Below, piece by piece: positions 27,072-40,417 of a DNA stretch of 64,000 nt. The notes below the pieces were generated by a model, which saw only the letters and a list, made by a program, of their open reading frames with translations, was not told where the DNA came from and ran no database searches. The stretch is from NCBI RefSeq assembly GCF_036507355.1, contig NZ_AP027877.1; one strand, written 5' to 3'. This DNA comes from Escherichia coli. Lineage in GTDB: Bacteria > Pseudomonadota > Gammaproteobacteria > Enterobacterales > Enterobacteriaceae. Position 1 is the first letter of the stretch; each line of letters starts with the position of its first letter. The position numbers and the translations under genes were made by a program.

Positions 27072-28589
27072 ATGTGCGGTATTGTCGGTATCGCCGGTGT
27101 TATGCCGGTTAACCAGTCGATTTATGATGCCTTAACGGTGCTTCAGCATCGCGGTCAGGATGCCGCCGGCATCATCACCATAGATGCCAATAACTGCTTC
27201 CGTTTGCGTAAAGCGAACGGGCTGGTGAGCGATGTATTTGAAGCTCGCCATATGCAGCGTTTGCAGGGCAATATGGGCATTGGTCATGTGCGTTACCCCA
27301 CGGCTGGCAGCTCCAGCGCCTCTGAAGCGCAGCCGTTTTACGTTAACTCCCCGTATGGCATTACGCTTGCCCACAACGGCAATCTGACCAACGCTCACGA
27401 GTTGCGTAAAAAACTGTTTGAAGAAAAACGCCGCCACATCAACACCACTTCCGACTCGGAAATTCTGCTTAATATCTTCGCCAGCGAGCTGGACAACTTC
27501 CGCCACTACCCGCTGGAAGCCGACAACATTTTCGCCGCCATCGCTGCTACAAACCGCTTAATCCGCGGCGCGTATGCCTGTGTGGCGATGATTATCGGCC
27601 ACGGTATGGTTGCTTTCCGCGATCCAAACGGTATTCGTCCGCTGGTACTGGGAAAACGTGATATTGACGAGAACCGCACAGAATATATGGTCGCTTCCGA
27701 AAGCGTAGCGCTCGATACGCTGGGCTTTGATTTCCTGCGTGACGTCGCGCCGGGCGAAGCGATTTACATCACTGAAGAAGGGCAGTTGTTTACCCGTCAA
27801 TGTGCTGACAATCCGGTCAGCAATCCGTGCCTGTTTGAGTATGTATACTTTGCTCGCCCGGACTCGTTTATCGACAAAATTTCCGTTTACAGCGCGCGTG
27901 TGAATATGGGCACGAAGCTGGGCGAGAAAATTGCCCGCGAATGGGAAGATCTGGATATCGACGTGGTGATCCCGATCCCGGAAACCTCGTGTGATATCGC
28001 GCTGGAAATTGCTCGTATTCTGGGCAAACCGTACCGCCAGGGCTTCGTTAAAAACCGCTATGTTGGCCGCACCTTCATCATGCCGGGCCAGCAGCTGCGT
28101 CGTAAGTCCGTGCGTCGTAAACTGAACGCCAACCGCGCCGAGTTCCGTGATAAAAACGTTCTGCTGGTCGACGACTCCATCGTCCGTGGCACCACTTCTG
28201 AGCAGATTATCGAGATGGCACGCGAAGCCGGAGCGAAGAAAGTGTACCTCGCTTCTGCGGCACCGGAAATTCGCTTCCCGAACGTTTACGGTATCGATAT
28301 GCCGAGCGCTACGGAACTGATCGCTCATGGTCGCGAAGTAGATGAAATTCGCCAGATCATCGGTGCTGACGGGTTGATTTTCCAGGATCTGAACGATCTG
28401 ATCGAAGCCGTTCGCGCTGAAAACCCGGATATCCAGCAGTTTGAATGCTCGGTGTTCAACGGCGTCTACGTCACCAAAGATGTTGATCAGGGCTACCTCG
28501 ATTTCCTCGATACTTTACGTAATGACGACGCCAAAGCAGTGCAACGTCAGAACGAAGTGGAAAATCTCGAAATGCATAACGAAGGATGA
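27072..28589 (+). CDS. purF: amidophosphoribosyltransferase
   Basis: 505 aa ORF starting MCGIVGIAG (N-terminal Cys nucleophile). Confidence 0.96.
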   Translation: MCGIVGIAGVMPVNQSIYDALTVLQHRGQDAAGIITIDANNCFRLRKANGLVSDVFEARHMQRLQGNMGIGHVRYPTAGSSSASEAQPFYVNSPYGITLAHNGNLTNAHELRKKLFEEKRRHINTTSDSEILLNIFASELDNFRHYPLEADNIFAAIAATNRLIRGAYACVAMIIGHGMVAFRDPNGIRPLVLGKRDIDENRTEYMVASESVALDTLGFDFLRDVAPGEAIYITEEGQLFTRQCADNPVSNPCLFEYVYFARPDSFIDKISVYSARVNMGTKLGEKIAREWEDLDIDVVIPIPETSCDIALEIARILGKPYRQGFVKNRYVGRTFIMPGQQLRRKSVRRKLNANRAEFRDKNVLLVDDSIVRGTTSEQIIEMAREAGAKKVYLASAAPEIRFPNVYGIDMPSATELIAHGREVDEIRQIIGADGLIFQDLNDLIEAVRAENPDIQQFECSVFNGVYVTKDVDQGYLDFLDTLRNDDAKAVQRQNEVENLEMHNEG

Positions 28590-28683
28590 TGCCTTCGCTC
28601 AGGGTGCCGGTCTGGCACCCTGACTTGCAACTCCCGCCGAAATCCTGCAAAGTCTGCCTGCAAGTCTGACAGGGCAACTATTT

Positions 28684-29253
28684 ATGAAACGACTTATTGT
28701 GGGCATCAGCGGTGCCAGCGGCGCGATTTATGGCGTGCGCTTATTACAGGTTCTGCGCGATGTCACAGATATCGAAACGCATCTGGTAATGAGCCAGGCG
28801 GCGCGCCAGACCTTATCCCTCGAAACGGATTTTTCCCTGCGCGAAGTGCAGGCATTAGCCGATGTCACGCACGATGCGCGCGATATTGCCGCCAGCATCT
28901 CTTCCGGTTCTTTCCAGACGCTGGGGATGGTGATTTTACCCTGTTCAATCAAAACCCTGTCCGGCATTGTCCATAGCTATACCGATGGTTTACTGACCCG
29001 TGCGGCAGATGTGGTGCTGAAAGAGCGTCGCCCGTTGGTGCTCTGCGTGCGTGAAACACCATTGCACTTAGGCCATCTGCGTTTAATGACTCAGGCGGCA
29101 GAAATCGGTGCGGTGATTATGCCTCCCGTTCCGGCGTTTTATCATCGCCCACAATCCCTTGATGATGTGATAAATCAGACGGTTAATCGTGTTCTTGACC
29201 AGTTTGCGATAACCCTTCCTGAAGATCTCTTTGCCCGCTGGCAGGGCGCATAA
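28684..29253 (+). CDS. ubiX: flavin prenyltransferase UbiX
   Basis: 189 aa ORF MKRLIVGISGASGAIYG flavoprotein fold. Confidence 0.94.
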   Translation: MKRLIVGISGASGAIYGVRLLQVLRDVTDIETHLVMSQAARQTLSLETDFSLREVQALADVTHDARDIAASISSGSFQTLGMVILPCSIKTLSGIVHSYTDGLLTRAADVVLKERRPLVLCVRETPLHLGHLRLMTQAAEIGAVIMPPVPAFYHRPQSLDDVINQTVNRVLDQFAITLPEDLFARWQGA

Positions 29254-29434
29254 CTCCGCTGTTGCCCTGTTTCAGGGCAATTTTGCAACCGCGATCAAAT
29301 CCTCGACATTTTGTTTCTGCCATTCAATCGAAACGCTGCGATTCAACCGCTATACCTGCTATCTTCAACTTTAGGACAATAATGCAACGTCTTGTTAACA
29401 TATTTAACGTTAAATGTTACTGTTGTCGTCAAGA

Positions 29435-29450
29435 TGGCATAAGACCTGCA
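29435..29450 (+). promoter_or_regulatory. sigma-54 (-24/-12) promoter upstream of argT
   Basis: tGGcataagacctGCa matches the TGGCAC-N5-TTGCA spacing, about 70 bp upstream of argT. Confidence 0.6.
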
Positions 29451-29517
29451 TGAAAGAGCCTGCAAACACACAACACAATACACAACATAAAAAGCCATTT
29501 TCACTTGAGGGTTATGT

Positions 29518-30300
29518 ATGAAGAAGTCGATTCTCGCTCTGTCTTTGTTAGTCGGTCTCTCCGCAGCGGCTTCCAGCTATGCGGCGCTACCGGAGACGGT
29601 ACGTATCGGAACCGATACCACCTACGCACCGTTCTCATCGAAAGATGCTAAAGGTGATTTTGTTGGCTTTGACATCGATCTCGGTAACGAGATGTGCAAA
29701 CGGATGCAGGTGAAATGTACCTGGGTTGCCAGTGACTTTGACGCGCTGATCCCCTCACTGAAAGCGAAAAAAATCGACGCCATTATTTCGTCGCTTTCCA
29801 TTACCGATAAACGTCAGCAGGAGATTGCCTTCTCCGACAAGCTGTACGCCGCAGATTCTCGTCTGATTGCCGCCAAAGGTTCACCGATTCAGCCAACGTT
29901 GGATTCACTGAAAGATAAACATGTTGGTGTGCTGCAGGGATCAACCCAGGAAGCTTACGCTAACGAGACCTGGCGTAGCAAAGGTGTGGATGTGGTGGCC
30001 TATGCCAACCAGGATTTGGTTTATTCCGATCTGGCTGCAGGACGTCTGGATGCTGCGTTACAAGATGAAGTTGCTGCCAGCGAAGGATTCCTCAAGCAAC
30101 CTGCTGGTAAAGATTTCGCCTTTGCTGGCTCATCAGTGAAAGACAAAAAATACTTCGGTGATGGCACCGGTGTAGGGCTACGTAAAGATGATGCTGAACT
30201 GACGGCTGCCTTCAATAAGGCGCTTGGTGAGCTGCGTCAGGACGGCACCTACGACAAGATGGCGAAAAAGTATTTTGACTTTAATGTCTACGGTGACTGA
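29518..30300 (+). CDS. argT: lysine/arginine/ornithine-binding periplasmic protein
   Basis: 260 aa ORF with signal peptide; paralogous to hisJ downstream. Confidence 0.94.
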   Translation: MKKSILALSLLVGLSAAASSYAALPETVRIGTDTTYAPFSSKDAKGDFVGFDIDLGNEMCKRMQVKCTWVASDFDALIPSLKAKKIDAIISSLSITDKRQQEIAFSDKLYAADSRLIAAKGSPIQPTLDSLKDKHVGVLQGSTQEAYANETWRSKGVDVVAYANQDLVYSDLAAGRLDAALQDEVAASEGFLKQPAGKDFAFAGSSVKDKKYFGDGTGVGLRKDDAELTAAFNKALGELRQDGTYDKMAKKYFDFNVYGD

Positions 30301-30520
30301 TACGTCGCTGGGAAGCTGTACCTGATGGAATGATCATCATGGTGCACGCCAGGTTTGTTGCACTATCGTGGTGCATTGAGATGCATACTTAAGCATTTTT
30401 AATGAAAAATAATACGTCTAACGGGGCGGGGTATTTTGCCTTGATGGTCAATTTTATGGCACGATAAGTGTAACAAACCTGTAAATATTCCCTATAAAAA
30501 GACTGTCAGTTGAGGACATT

Positions 30521-31303
30521 ATGAAAAAACTGGTGCTATCGCTCTCTCTGGTTCTGGCCTTCTCCAGCGCAACTGCGGCATTTGCTGCGATTCCGCAAAA
30601 CATCCGCATCGGTACCGACCCGACCTATGCGCCATTTGAATCAAAAAATTCACAAGGCGAACTGGTTGGCTTCGATATCGATCTGGCAAAGGAATTATGC
30701 AAACGCATCAATACGCAATGTACGTTTGTCGAAAATCCGCTGGATGCGTTAATCCCGTCCCTAAAAGCGAAGAAGATTGACGCCATCATGTCATCGCTTT
30801 CCATTACGGAAAAACGTCAGCAAGAAATAGCCTTCACCGACAAACTGTACGCTGCTGATTCTCGTCTGGTGGTGGCGAAAAATTCTGACATTCAGCCGAC
30901 AGTCGAGTCGCTGAAAGGCAAACGGGTAGGCGTATTGCAGGGCACCACCCAGGAGACGTTCGGTAATGAACATTGGGCACCAAAAGGCATTGAAATCGTC
31001 TCGTATCAGGGGCAGGACAACATTTATTCTGACCTGACTGCCGGACGTATTGATGCCGCGTTCCAGGATGAGGTCGCTGCCAGCGAAGGTTTCCTCAAAC
31101 AACCTGTCGGTAAAGATTACAAATTCGGTGGCCCGTCTGTTAAAGATGAAAAACTGTTTGGCGTAGGGACCGGCATGGGCCTACGTAAAGAAGATAACGA
31201 ACTGCGCGAGGCACTGAACAAAGCCTTTGCCGAAATGCGCGCTGACGGTACTTACGAGAAATTAGCGAAAAAGTACTTCGATTTTGATGTTTATGGTGGC
31301 TAA
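30521..31303 (+). CDS. hisJ: histidine-binding periplasmic protein
   Basis: 260 aa ORF with signal peptide, first gene of hisJQMP. Confidence 0.94.
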   Translation: MKKLVLSLSLVLAFSSATAAFAAIPQNIRIGTDPTYAPFESKNSQGELVGFDIDLAKELCKRINTQCTFVENPLDALIPSLKAKKIDAIMSSLSITEKRQQEIAFTDKLYAADSRLVVAKNSDIQPTVESLKGKRVGVLQGTTQETFGNEHWAPKGIEIVSYQGQDNIYSDLTAGRIDAAFQDEVAASEGFLKQPVGKDYKFGGPSVKDEKLFGVGTGMGLRKEDNELREALNKAFAEMRADGTYEKLAKKYFDFDVYGG

Positions 31304-31392
31304 TCGCCATCGGTGAAAGAAAGCCCGCTCCCTTCGGGTAACCGGAGGGAGACAAGAGGCGGTAATTCACCACACACGACAGGACAGGCAGC

Positions 31393-32079
31393 ATGTTGTA
31401 TGGGTTTTCAGGTGTTATTTTACAGGGTGCGCTCGTCACGCTGGAGCTGGCTATCAGCTCTGTAGTGCTCGCTGTAATCATCGGTTTAATTGGCGCTGGC
31501 GGTAAGCTCTCGCAAAATCGGCTTTCGGGGCTGATTTTCGAAGGGTACACCACGCTGATTCGTGGCGTGCCGGACTTAGTGTTGATGCTGCTGATTTTCT
31601 ACGGTTTGCAGATTGCGCTAAACACGGTGACGGAGGCGATGGGCGTCGGGCAGATTGATATCGATCCGATGGTCGCTGGTATTATCACTCTCGGTTTTAT
31701 CTACGGTGCTTATTTTACCGAAACGTTCCGTGGTGCTTTTATGGCAGTGCCGAAAGGACATATAGAGGCGGCGACGGCGTTCGGTTTTACTCGTGGGCAA
31801 GTGTTTCGGCGGATCATGTTTCCGGCGATGATGCGTTACGCCCTGCCAGGCATTGGCAACAACTGGCAGGTGATCCTCAAATCTACCGCACTGGTTTCGT
31901 TACTCGGCCTGGAAGATGTGGTCAAAGCCACGCAGCTGGCAGGCAAAAGTACCTGGGAACCGTTCTATTTCGCCATCGTCTGTGGCGTGATTTACCTGGT
32001 TTTCACCACCGTTTCCAATGGTGTGCTGCTGTTCCTTGAGCGCCGCTACTCCGTGGGTGTGAAGAGGGCTGACCTGTGA
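31393..32079 (+). CDS. hisQ: histidine ABC transporter permease HisQ
   Basis: 228 aa membrane ORF. Confidence 0.94.
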   Translation: MLYGFSGVILQGALVTLELAISSVVLAVIIGLIGAGGKLSQNRLSGLIFEGYTTLIRGVPDLVLMLLIFYGLQIALNTVTEAMGVGQIDIDPMVAGIITLGFIYGAYFTETFRGAFMAVPKGHIEAATAFGFTRGQVFRRIMFPAMMRYALPGIGNNWQVILKSTALVSLLGLEDVVKATQLAGKSTWEPFYFAIVCGVIYLVFTTVSNGVLLFLERRYSVGVKRADL

Positions 32080-32792
32080 TCGAAATCTTACATGAATACT
32101 GGAAACCGCTGCTGTGGACCGACGGTTATCGCTTTACTGGTGTGGCGATCACTCTGTGGCTGCTTATTTTGTCGGTAGTGATAGGCGGAGTCCTGGCGCT
32201 GTTTCTGGCGATTGGTCGTGTCTCCAGTAATAAATACATCCAGTTTCCAATCTGGTTATTTACCTATATTTTTCGCGGTACGCCGCTGTATGTTCAGTTG
32301 CTGGTGTTCTATTCCGGCATGTATACGCTGGAGATTGTTAAGGGGACCGAGTTTCTTAACGCCTTTTTCCGCAGTGGCCTGAACTGTACCGTGCTGGCGC
32401 TGACGCTTAACACCTGCGCTTACACTACCGAGATTTTTGCTGGGGCAATCCGTTCGGTTCCGCATGGGGAAATTGAAGCCGCCAGAGCCTATGGCTTCTC
32501 GACTTTTAAAATGTATCGCTGCATTATTTTGCCTTCTGCGCTGCGTATTGCGTTACCGGCATACAGCAACGAAGTGATCCTGATGCTGCACTCTACTGCG
32601 TTGGCATTTACTGCCACGGTGCCGGATCTGCTGAAAATAGCCCGCGATATTAACGCCGCCACGTATCAACCTTTTACCGCCTTCGGCATTGCCGCGGTGC
32701 TCTATTTAATCATCTCTTATGTCCTGATCAGCCTCTTTCGCAGAGCGGAAAAACGCTGGTTGCAGCATGTGAAACCTTCTTCAACGCACTGA
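32076..32792 (+). CDS. hisM: histidine ABC transporter permease HisM
   Basis: 238 aa membrane ORF overlapping hisQ by 4 bp. Confidence 0.94.
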   Translation: MIEILHEYWKPLLWTDGYRFTGVAITLWLLILSVVIGGVLALFLAIGRVSSNKYIQFPIWLFTYIFRGTPLYVQLLVFYSGMYTLEIVKGTEFLNAFFRSGLNCTVLALTLNTCAYTTEIFAGAIRSVPHGEIEAARAYGFSTFKMYRCIILPSALRIALPAYSNEVILMLHSTALAFTATVPDLLKIARDINAATYQPFTAFGIAAVLYLIISYVLISLFRRAEKRWLQHVKPSSTH

Positions 32793-32799
32793 GAATACG

Positions 32800-33573
32800 A
32801 TGTCCGAGAATAAATTAAACGTTATCGATTTGCACAAACGCTATGGCGAACACGAAGTGCTGAAAGGGGTGTCACTGCAAGCGAATGCCGGAGATGTAAT
32901 AAGCATCATCGGATCGTCGGGATCGGGGAAAAGTACCTTTCTGCGCTGCATTAACTTCCTCGAAAAACCGAGTGAAGGGTCGATCGTGGTCAATGGCCAG
33001 ACGATCAATCTGGTGCGCGACAAAGACGGTCAACTCAAAGTCGCCGATAAAAATCAACTGCGCTTACTGCGCACACGCCTGACGATGGTATTCCAGCACT
33101 TCAATCTCTGGAGCCATATGACGGTGCTGGAAAACGTCATGGAAGCGCCGATTCAGGTGTTGGGCCTGAGCAAGCAGGAAGCGCGCGAGCGGGCGGTGAA
33201 GTATCTGGCAAAAGTCGGGATAGACGAACGTGCACAGGGGAAATATCCGGTGCATCTTTCCGGCGGTCAGCAACAGCGTGTTTCTATCGCGCGGGCGCTG
33301 GCGATGGAACCGGAAGTTTTACTGTTTGATGAACCTACCTCGGCGCTCGATCCTGAACTGGTAGGCGAAGTGTTGCGTATTATGCAGCAACTGGCAGAAG
33401 AGGGGAAAACCATGGTGGTAGTGACTCACGAAATGGGCTTTGCTCGTCATGTTTCTACTCACGTCATTTTCCTCCATCAGGGGAAAATAGAGGAAGAAGG
33501 CGCGCCGGAGCAGTTATTTGGCAACCCGCAAAGCCCTCGTCTGCAACAGTTCCTTAAAGGTTCGCTGAAATAA
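32800..33573 (+). CDS. hisP: histidine ABC transporter ATP-binding protein HisP
   Basis: 257 aa ORF with Walker [10 protein letters not shown] and ABC signature LSGGQQQR. Confidence 0.95.
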   Translation: MSENKLNVIDLHKRYGEHEVLKGVSLQANAGDVISIIGSSGSGKSTFLRCINFLEKPSEGSIVVNGQTINLVRDKDGQLKVADKNQLRLLRTRLTMVFQHFNLWSHMTVLENVMEAPIQVLGLSKQEARERAVKYLAKVGIDERAQGKYPVHLSGGQQQRVSIARALAMEPEVLLFDEPTSALDPELVGEVLRIMQQLAEEGKTMVVVTHEMGFARHVSTHVIFLHQGKIEEEGAPEQLFGNPQSPRLQQFLKGSLK

Positions 33574-33578
33574 TTGCC

Positions 33579-33609
33579 TCTCCGGTGGCTAACGCTGCCG
33601 GAGTATTTT
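33579..33609 (+). terminator. rho-independent terminator after hisP
   Basis: Hairpin ctccgg...ccggag followed by T-rich tract. Confidence 0.6.
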
Positions 33610-33769
33610 CAAGGGGAATTTGCGAGTCAGCTTCCGCTGAAATGTAAAAGTTGCAGTCCGCTAAAAATACTTCTGAATTCGCTGTCCAAAGATAAAAACT
33701 GCTTGCTGCATTGGGTGTTAATCGTGGTTATTGTCGCGTCATCTTAAATTTGAGGGGTGACGGAACGCC

Positions 33770-34660
33770 ATGACAATATCGACAACTTCCACGCCGCATG
33801 ATGCGGTATTTAAATCTTTTTTACGCCATCCAGACACCGCGCGGGATTTTATTGATATTCATCTTCCCGCGCCGCTGCGCAAACTGTGTGATTTAACGAC
33901 GCTTAAACTGGAACCAAACAGTTTTATTGATGAAGACCTGCGGCAATATTATTCCGACCTCTTGTGGTCTGTGAAAACGCAGGAGGGAGTGGGTTATATT
34001 TATGTAGTGATAGAGCACCAAAGTAAGCCGGAAGAATTAATGGCTTTTCGCATGATGCGTTATTCCATTGCGGCAATGCAAAACCATCTTGATGCGGGCT
34101 ATAAAGAGCTTCCATTGGTGATCCCGATGCTGTTTTATCATGGTTGCAGAAGTCCTTATCCTTATTCACTCTGCTGGCTTGATGAATTTGCCGAGCCTGC
34201 GATTGCCCGTAAAATATATTCATCGGCTTTTCCGTTGGTGGATATTACCGTGGTGCCGGATGACGAGATTATGCAACATCGCAAAATGGCGCTGTTGGAG
34301 TTAATTCAGAAACATATTCGTCAGCGCGATCTGTTGGGATTAGTCGACCAAATTGTTTCGCTGCTAGTTACAGGGAACACTAATGACAGACAGCTAAAAG
34401 CCCTGTTTAATTATGTATTACAAACGGGAGATGCCCAGCGTTTCCGTGCATTTATTGGTGAGATAACAGAACGCGCACCACAAGAAAAGGAGAAACTGAT
34501 GACCATTGCTGACAGATTACGTGAAGAAGGCGCAATGCAGGGCAAACACGAAGAAGCTCTGCGTATTGCTCAGGAGATGCTGGAAAAAGGATTTGACCAC
34601 GAAGTCATCCTGACGCTGACCCGACTTTCACCAGACGATCTTATCGCGCAAAGCCACTAA
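33770..34660 (+). CDS. rpnB: recombination-promoting nuclease RpnB (transposase_31 / PD-(D/E)XK family)
   Basis: 296 aa [30 protein letters not shown]...; matches recalled YfcI/RpnB. Confidence 0.88.
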   Translation: MTISTTSTPHDAVFKSFLRHPDTARDFIDIHLPAPLRKLCDLTTLKLEPNSFIDEDLRQYYSDLLWSVKTQEGVGYIYVVIEHQSKPEELMAFRMMRYSIAAMQNHLDAGYKELPLVIPMLFYHGCRSPYPYSLCWLDEFAEPAIARKIYSSAFPLVDITVVPDDEIMQHRKMALLELIQKHIRQRDLLGLVDQIVSLLVTGNTNDRQLKALFNYVLQTGDAQRFRAFIGEITERAPQEKEKLMTIADRLREEGAMQGKHEEALRIAQEMLEKGFDHEVILTLTRLSPDDLIAQSH

Positions 34661-34707
34661 CCCTGTAACACCGGGAGTTAACTGGCGGATGTTTGCAGTA
34701 AACCACA

Positions 34708-35601
34708 TCAGCGAACGACATCCGCCAGCGCCTCTTCTAAATCGTACCAGCGAAACGCAAAACCCGCTTCTTCCAGCCGTTTAGGCAGCGCGCGTTGTCC
34801 ACCTAATACCAGTACTGAAGATTCGCCCATTAACAGCCGAATGGCGGTTGCGGGGACGCGCAAAATAGCCGGGCGATGCAGCGCATGACCGAGCGCATGG
34901 GCAAATTGTTCATTGCGTATCGGGTAGGGCGAAACCATATTAAATGGCCCGCGCAGCTCGTTATCCAGCAGCCAGAGAATGCCGTTGACCATATCATCGA
35001 TATGAATCCAGGCCAGATACTGCCGACCGGAACCAATCGGCCCGCCCAGGCCAAGACGAAACGGCGGCAGCATTTTACCGAGAATACCGCCATCCGGTGC
35101 CAGCACTACACCGGTACGCAGCAGGCACACTCGCGTTTTGTCACTTTGCGCCCGGCAGGCAATTTCTTCCCAGCGGGCGCAGAGTTTATGGGTAAATTCG
35201 TTATGCGGCGGTTCCTCTTCGGTAACCACCACTTCGCCTAAGTCGCCATAATAGCCCGTTGCCGAGCCGGAAATGAGTACCGACGGTGGCGTGTCGCTGG
35301 CATTAATCAAATCGACCAGTTTTTGCGTGATATTCCAGCGGCTTTGGCAGAGACGCTCTTTTTGCTCGTGAGTCCAGCGTTTATCAGCAATCGGTTCTCC
35401 GGCGAGGTTGATTACCGCATCAACGCCGTTGAGGTTGCTTTGATCGGCAAGCCCTTGCCATAGCGTCACCTGCGGCCCGAGCACGGAACTGGCTTTCTGC
35501 GGGTTACGCGTCATTACCGTGATTTGATGGCCCAGCTCCAGCAAACGTGGAATCAAATGGCGACCAATTAATCCCGTCCCTCCGGTGATCACTATGTTCA
35601 T
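34708..35601 (-). CDS. yfcH: epimerase-family NAD(P)-binding protein YfcH
   Basis: 297 aa [19 protein letters not shown]ossmann motif. Confidence 0.9.
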   Translation of the reverse strand: MNIVITGGTGLIGRHLIPRLLELGHQITVMTRNPQKASSVLGPQVTLWQGLADQSNLNGVDAVINLAGEPIADKRWTHEQKERLCQSRWNITQKLVDLINASDTPPSVLISGSATGYYGDLGEVVVTEEEPPHNEFTHKLCARWEEIACRAQSDKTRVCLLRTGVVLAPDGGILGKMLPPFRLGLGGPIGSGRQYLAWIHIDDMVNGILWLLDNELRGPFNMVSPYPIRNEQFAHALGHALHRPAILRVPATAIRLLMGESSVLVLGGQRALPKRLEEAGFAFRWYDLEEALADVVR

Positions 35602-35621
35602 GCAGCCTCCCGATATGGCGG

Positions 35622-35984
35622 TTAACGCTGCCAGCTTAAGGTCATGGATACCGAATCGGCGTAGCGCAGCGCGTGCAGTTTATCGATCTCCACTTCAGCA
35701 TACGTCACCCAGTGATGTTCACGTGCGATATCGAGCACATCCTGAGTTAATTTTTCCAGCAAAGAGAAACGGTTATTCTCTACATGCTGAATAATGTTTT
35801 TCGTTACGGTGCGATAATTCAGCGCATCGTTGATATCTTCGCTGGTGCGCGCTTTATCGGCGGGGTAGTGGATCGTCACATTGATAACAATATCCTGACG
35901 GTTGTTAATTTCTTCTTCCTTAATTCCGATAAACGTACGTAAACGAAGGTTCTTTATACGAATAATAGCGGCAGGTTGTGCCAT
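35622..35984 (-). CDS. folX: dihydroneopterin triphosphate 2'-epimerase
   Basis: 120 aa [28 protein letters not shown]. Confidence 0.92.
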
Positions 35985-36040
35985 TGCAGGTTCTCCGTTG
36001 TTTTACTTAGGATGAAATAATACACGAGAACCTGTTTCTG

Positions 36041-37517
<1,477 letters not shown>

Positions 37518-37520
37518 TGA

Positions 37521-38075
37521 GTGATGAAACTGATGTTTGCATCGGACATTCATGGGTCGTTACCGGCGACGGAACGTGTTCTGGAGTTGTTTGCCCAAAG
37601 CGGTGCCCAGTGGCTGGTGATCCTTGGCGACGTGTTGAATCACGGCCCGCGTAATGCTTTACCGGAGGGTTACGCGCCAGCCAAAGTCGCTGAACGGCTT
37701 AATGAAGTGACACATAAGGTTATCGCTGTGCGCGGCAACTGCGACAGCGAAGTGGATCAAATGCTGCTGCATTTCCCGATAACCGCGCCGTGGCAACAGG
37801 TATTACTGGAAAAACAACGTCTGTTTTTGACGCATGGTCATCTTTTGGGCCCGGAAAATCTGCCTGCTTTAAACCAGAACGATGTGCTGGTGTACGGCCA
37901 TACCCATCTGCCAGTGGCAGAACAGCGGGGGGAGATTTTCCACTTCAACCCCGGCTCGGTGAGTATTCCGAAAGGCGGTAATCCGGCGAGTTATGGCATG
38001 CTGGATAATGACGTACTTAGTGTAATCGCACTCAATGATCAAAGTATCATTGCGCAGGTCGCGATTAATCCGTAA
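37521..38075 (+). CDS. yfcE: metallophosphoesterase YfcE
   Basis: 184 aa ORF with DIHG and GDVLNHG metallophosphatase motifs. Confidence 0.92.
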   Translation: MMKLMFASDIHGSLPATERVLELFAQSGAQWLVILGDVLNHGPRNALPEGYAPAKVAERLNEVTHKVIAVRGNCDSEVDQMLLHFPITAPWQQVLLEKQRLFLTHGHLLGPENLPALNQNDVLVYGHTHLPVAEQRGEIFHFNPGSVSIPKGGNPASYGMLDNDVLSVIALNDQSIIAQVAINP

Positions 38076-38132
38076 TTTACCCACAACTCAAAATGCGCCG
38101 TAAGAGCGCCAGAAAAAGAAGGTTTCCTGATA

Positions 38133-38675
38133 ATGGAACAGCGTCGTTTGGCAAGTACTGAATGGGTGGATATTGTCAATGAAGAGAACGAAGTCATTGC
38201 ACAAGCCAGCCGGGAGCAAATGCGGGCACAGTGTCTGCGTCATCGTGCAACTTACATCGTCGTGCATGATGGCATGGGCAAAATTCTGGTCCAGCGTCGT
38301 ACCGAGACAAAAGACTTTTTACCCGGCATGTTAGATGCGACCGCAGGCGGTGTAGTCCAGGCCGATGAGCAACTGCTGGAATCCGCGCGTCGCGAAGCGG
38401 AAGAAGAGTTGGGCATTGCCGGTGTCCCCTTTGCCGAGCACGGGCAGTTCTATTTCGAAGATAAAAATTGCCGTGTCTGGGGCGCGTTGTTCAGTTGCGT
38501 CTCTCACGGTCCCTTCGCCCTACAGGAAGATGAAGTCAGTGAAGTTTGCTGGCTGACGCCGGAAGAAATCACCGCACGCTGCGATGAGTTCACTCCAGAC
38601 TCGCTGAAAGCGCTGGCGTTGTGGATGAAGCGCAATGCCAAAAATGAAGCCGTAGAGACTGAAACGGCAGAATGA
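38133..38675 (+). CDS. yfcD: Nudix hydrolase YfcD
   Basis: 180 aa ORF with Nudix box (REAEEELG). Confidence 0.9.
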
Positions 38676-38678
38676 AAA

Positions 38679-38700
38679 AAGAGCCGCAATTGCGGCTCTT
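38679..38700. terminator. bidirectional rho-independent terminator between convergent yfcD and yfcC
   Basis: Perfect hairpin agagccgcaattgcggctct flanked by A/T runs on both sides. Confidence 0.65.
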
Positions 38701-38707
38701 AACATTT

Positions 38708-40228
38708 TTAGTGGTAGCCCATCAACTGAGCGCCGATCACCACGACGCTGGACATAATAAACAGCAGTCCAAGCAGGGTCGCGCCCACCTTCAGCCAGTT
38801 ACGGAAGTCCACCCTGCACACACCGAGCGTCGCCATTAACGAAGCTGAGGTCGGGTAAATGATGTGACTGAAGCCATCACCAAACTGGAACGCCAGCACG
38901 GTAACCTGACGGTTAACACCGACCAGATCGCCAAGCGGTGCCAGTAACGGCATGGTTAACGCCGCCTGACCAGAACCGGACGTCACGAAGAAATTAAATA
39001 CCGCCTGGAAGAGCAACATAAACCAGGCCGCGACCGCGTTGTCCAGACCGCTAATGGCATTGGCAATGCTGTTGAGGATAGTATTTAACACGCTGGCATC
39101 ACCTGCTTCACCATTACCGACCAGCAGCAAAATCCCTTTGGCGAAACCCACCAGCAGGGCAGGGGCGATCATCATTCGCGCCCCTTCGGTAAAGGATGAA
39201 GCCATGGTATTAACCGTCATGCCGTTAAGGCGGAAAACAACGCCGATGATGCCAATCACCAGACCCATGGTGAAGAACTGGCTGGCAATTTCTGGAATAA
39301 ACCAGGCATTAACGATCACGCCCCAAATCACCCAGACCATTACGGCGGTCAGGACAATCAATACCAGCCAGTCACCAAAGGTAAACGGACGTTGTTCAAC
39401 ATCCGCCTGCTTTTCACGAAAGAAGCGGTCGGACTCATGCACGCGTGACAGAAGAGGATTCTTTTTCACTCGTGAGGCGTACACCATGGTAAAGATCAGG
39501 CCAATCAGAGTGGCGATAACCCACACCACGATGCGCAACCCGGAGCCAGAAAGCACCGGAACGCCGGCAATCCCCTGAGCAACAACCACACAAAACGGGT
39601 TCATCCACGAACTGGCAAAACCGATTTGCGTGGCAATATAGGTCACCAGGACGGTGGTAATACTGTCATAGCCCAGCCGGACCATTAGCGGTGCGATGAT
39701 AATGGCAAAGGCGACGGCCTCTTCCCCCATACCAAATACCGCGCCGCCAAGTGAAAACAGAATAAACAGCGCAGGAATAAAGAGAATTTCATTCCCGCGG
39801 GTATGGCGAATAAGCGCCAGGATACCGTTATCAATGGTTCCTGTACGCATCACAATGCCAAACGCGCCGCCAATCACCAGCATAAACATGATGATGCCAA
39901 CGGCTGTCCCGTATTTCGATCCTGAGGTTAACCCTTCAAACGGGAAGTTCATCAGGCCCGGGCGTTCATCGCCCGTCGTGAACAGCTGTACGCGGTGATA
40001 CTCAGGTTCGCCTGCTTCGTTAGTCAGAATGCGAAATGAGTGTGGATCTACGACTTTGCGTGTTTTTGTTTGACCATCAACCTGATACTGCACTTCCTGA
40101 CTGTCAAACATCCCCACCGGAACTACCCAGGTGGCAAGACTGGTTAAAATAGCAACAAAAAAGATAATCACCAACGTATCGGGCATTGCCCATCTTCTTG
40201 TTGGTTTGGATTCAGTGATTGCGGACAT
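38708..40228 (-). CDS. yfcC: putative transporter YfcC (C4-dicarboxylate anaerobic carrier family)
   Basis: Multi-helix membrane ORF; start placed at MSAITESKPTRRW (506 aa); ORF track extends 7 codons upstream. Confidence 0.9.
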   Translation of the reverse strand: MSAITESKPTRRWAMPDTLVIIFFVAILTSLATWVVPVGMFDSQEVQYQVDGQTKTRKVVDPHSFRILTNEAGEPEYHRVQLFTTGDERPGLMNFPFEGLTSGSKYGTAVGIIMFMLVIGGAFGIVMRTGTIDNGILALIRHTRGNEILFIPALFILFSLGGAVFGMGEEAVAFAIIIAPLMVRLGYDSITTVLVTYIATQIGFASSWMNPFCVVVAQGIAGVPVLSGSGLRIVVWVIATLIGLIFTMVYASRVKKNPLLSRVHESDRFFREKQADVEQRPFTFGDWLVLIVLTAVMVWVIWGVIVNAWFIPEIASQFFTMGLVIGIIGVVFRLNGMTVNTMASSFTEGARMMIAPALLVGFAKGILLLVGNGEAGDASVLNTILNSIANAISGLDNAVAAWFMLLFQAVFNFFVTSGSGQAALTMPLLAPLGDLVGVNRQVTVLAFQFGDGFSHIIYPTSASLMATLGVCRVDFRNWLKVGATLLGLLFIMSSVVVIGAQLMGYH

Positions 40229-40348
40229 AGCGCAAATATTCCCTTGCACAAAACAAAGTGGTAAGTATGCAAAGTGAGATGGCGCAATTCATTGATGCAG
40301 CGCAGTTAAGCAAGATAATCAGAAAGGATTAATGCAAATTAAGAGAAT

Positions 40349-40379
40349 AAAAAACCGGAAATAGTGACTATTTCCGGTT
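40349..40379 (-). terminator. rho-independent terminator after pta
   Basis: Hairpin ccggaaatag/ctatttccgg followed by TTTTT on the minus strand. Confidence 0.6.
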
Positions 40380-40417
40380 CAGATATCCGCAGCGCAAAGC
40401 TGCGGATGATGACGAGA

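Noticed and set aside
30440-30460. tggcacgataagtgtaac upstream of hisJ as a second sigma-54 promoter
   Set aside because: Has the GG at -24 but GT instead of GC at -12; more likely a chance resemblance.
33770-34660. rpnB as part of a mobile element or defence island
   Set aside because: Rpn proteins resemble transposases but are stand-alone chromosomal nucleases; no inverted repeats or partner genes flank this copy and it sits in its usual position between hisP and yfcH.
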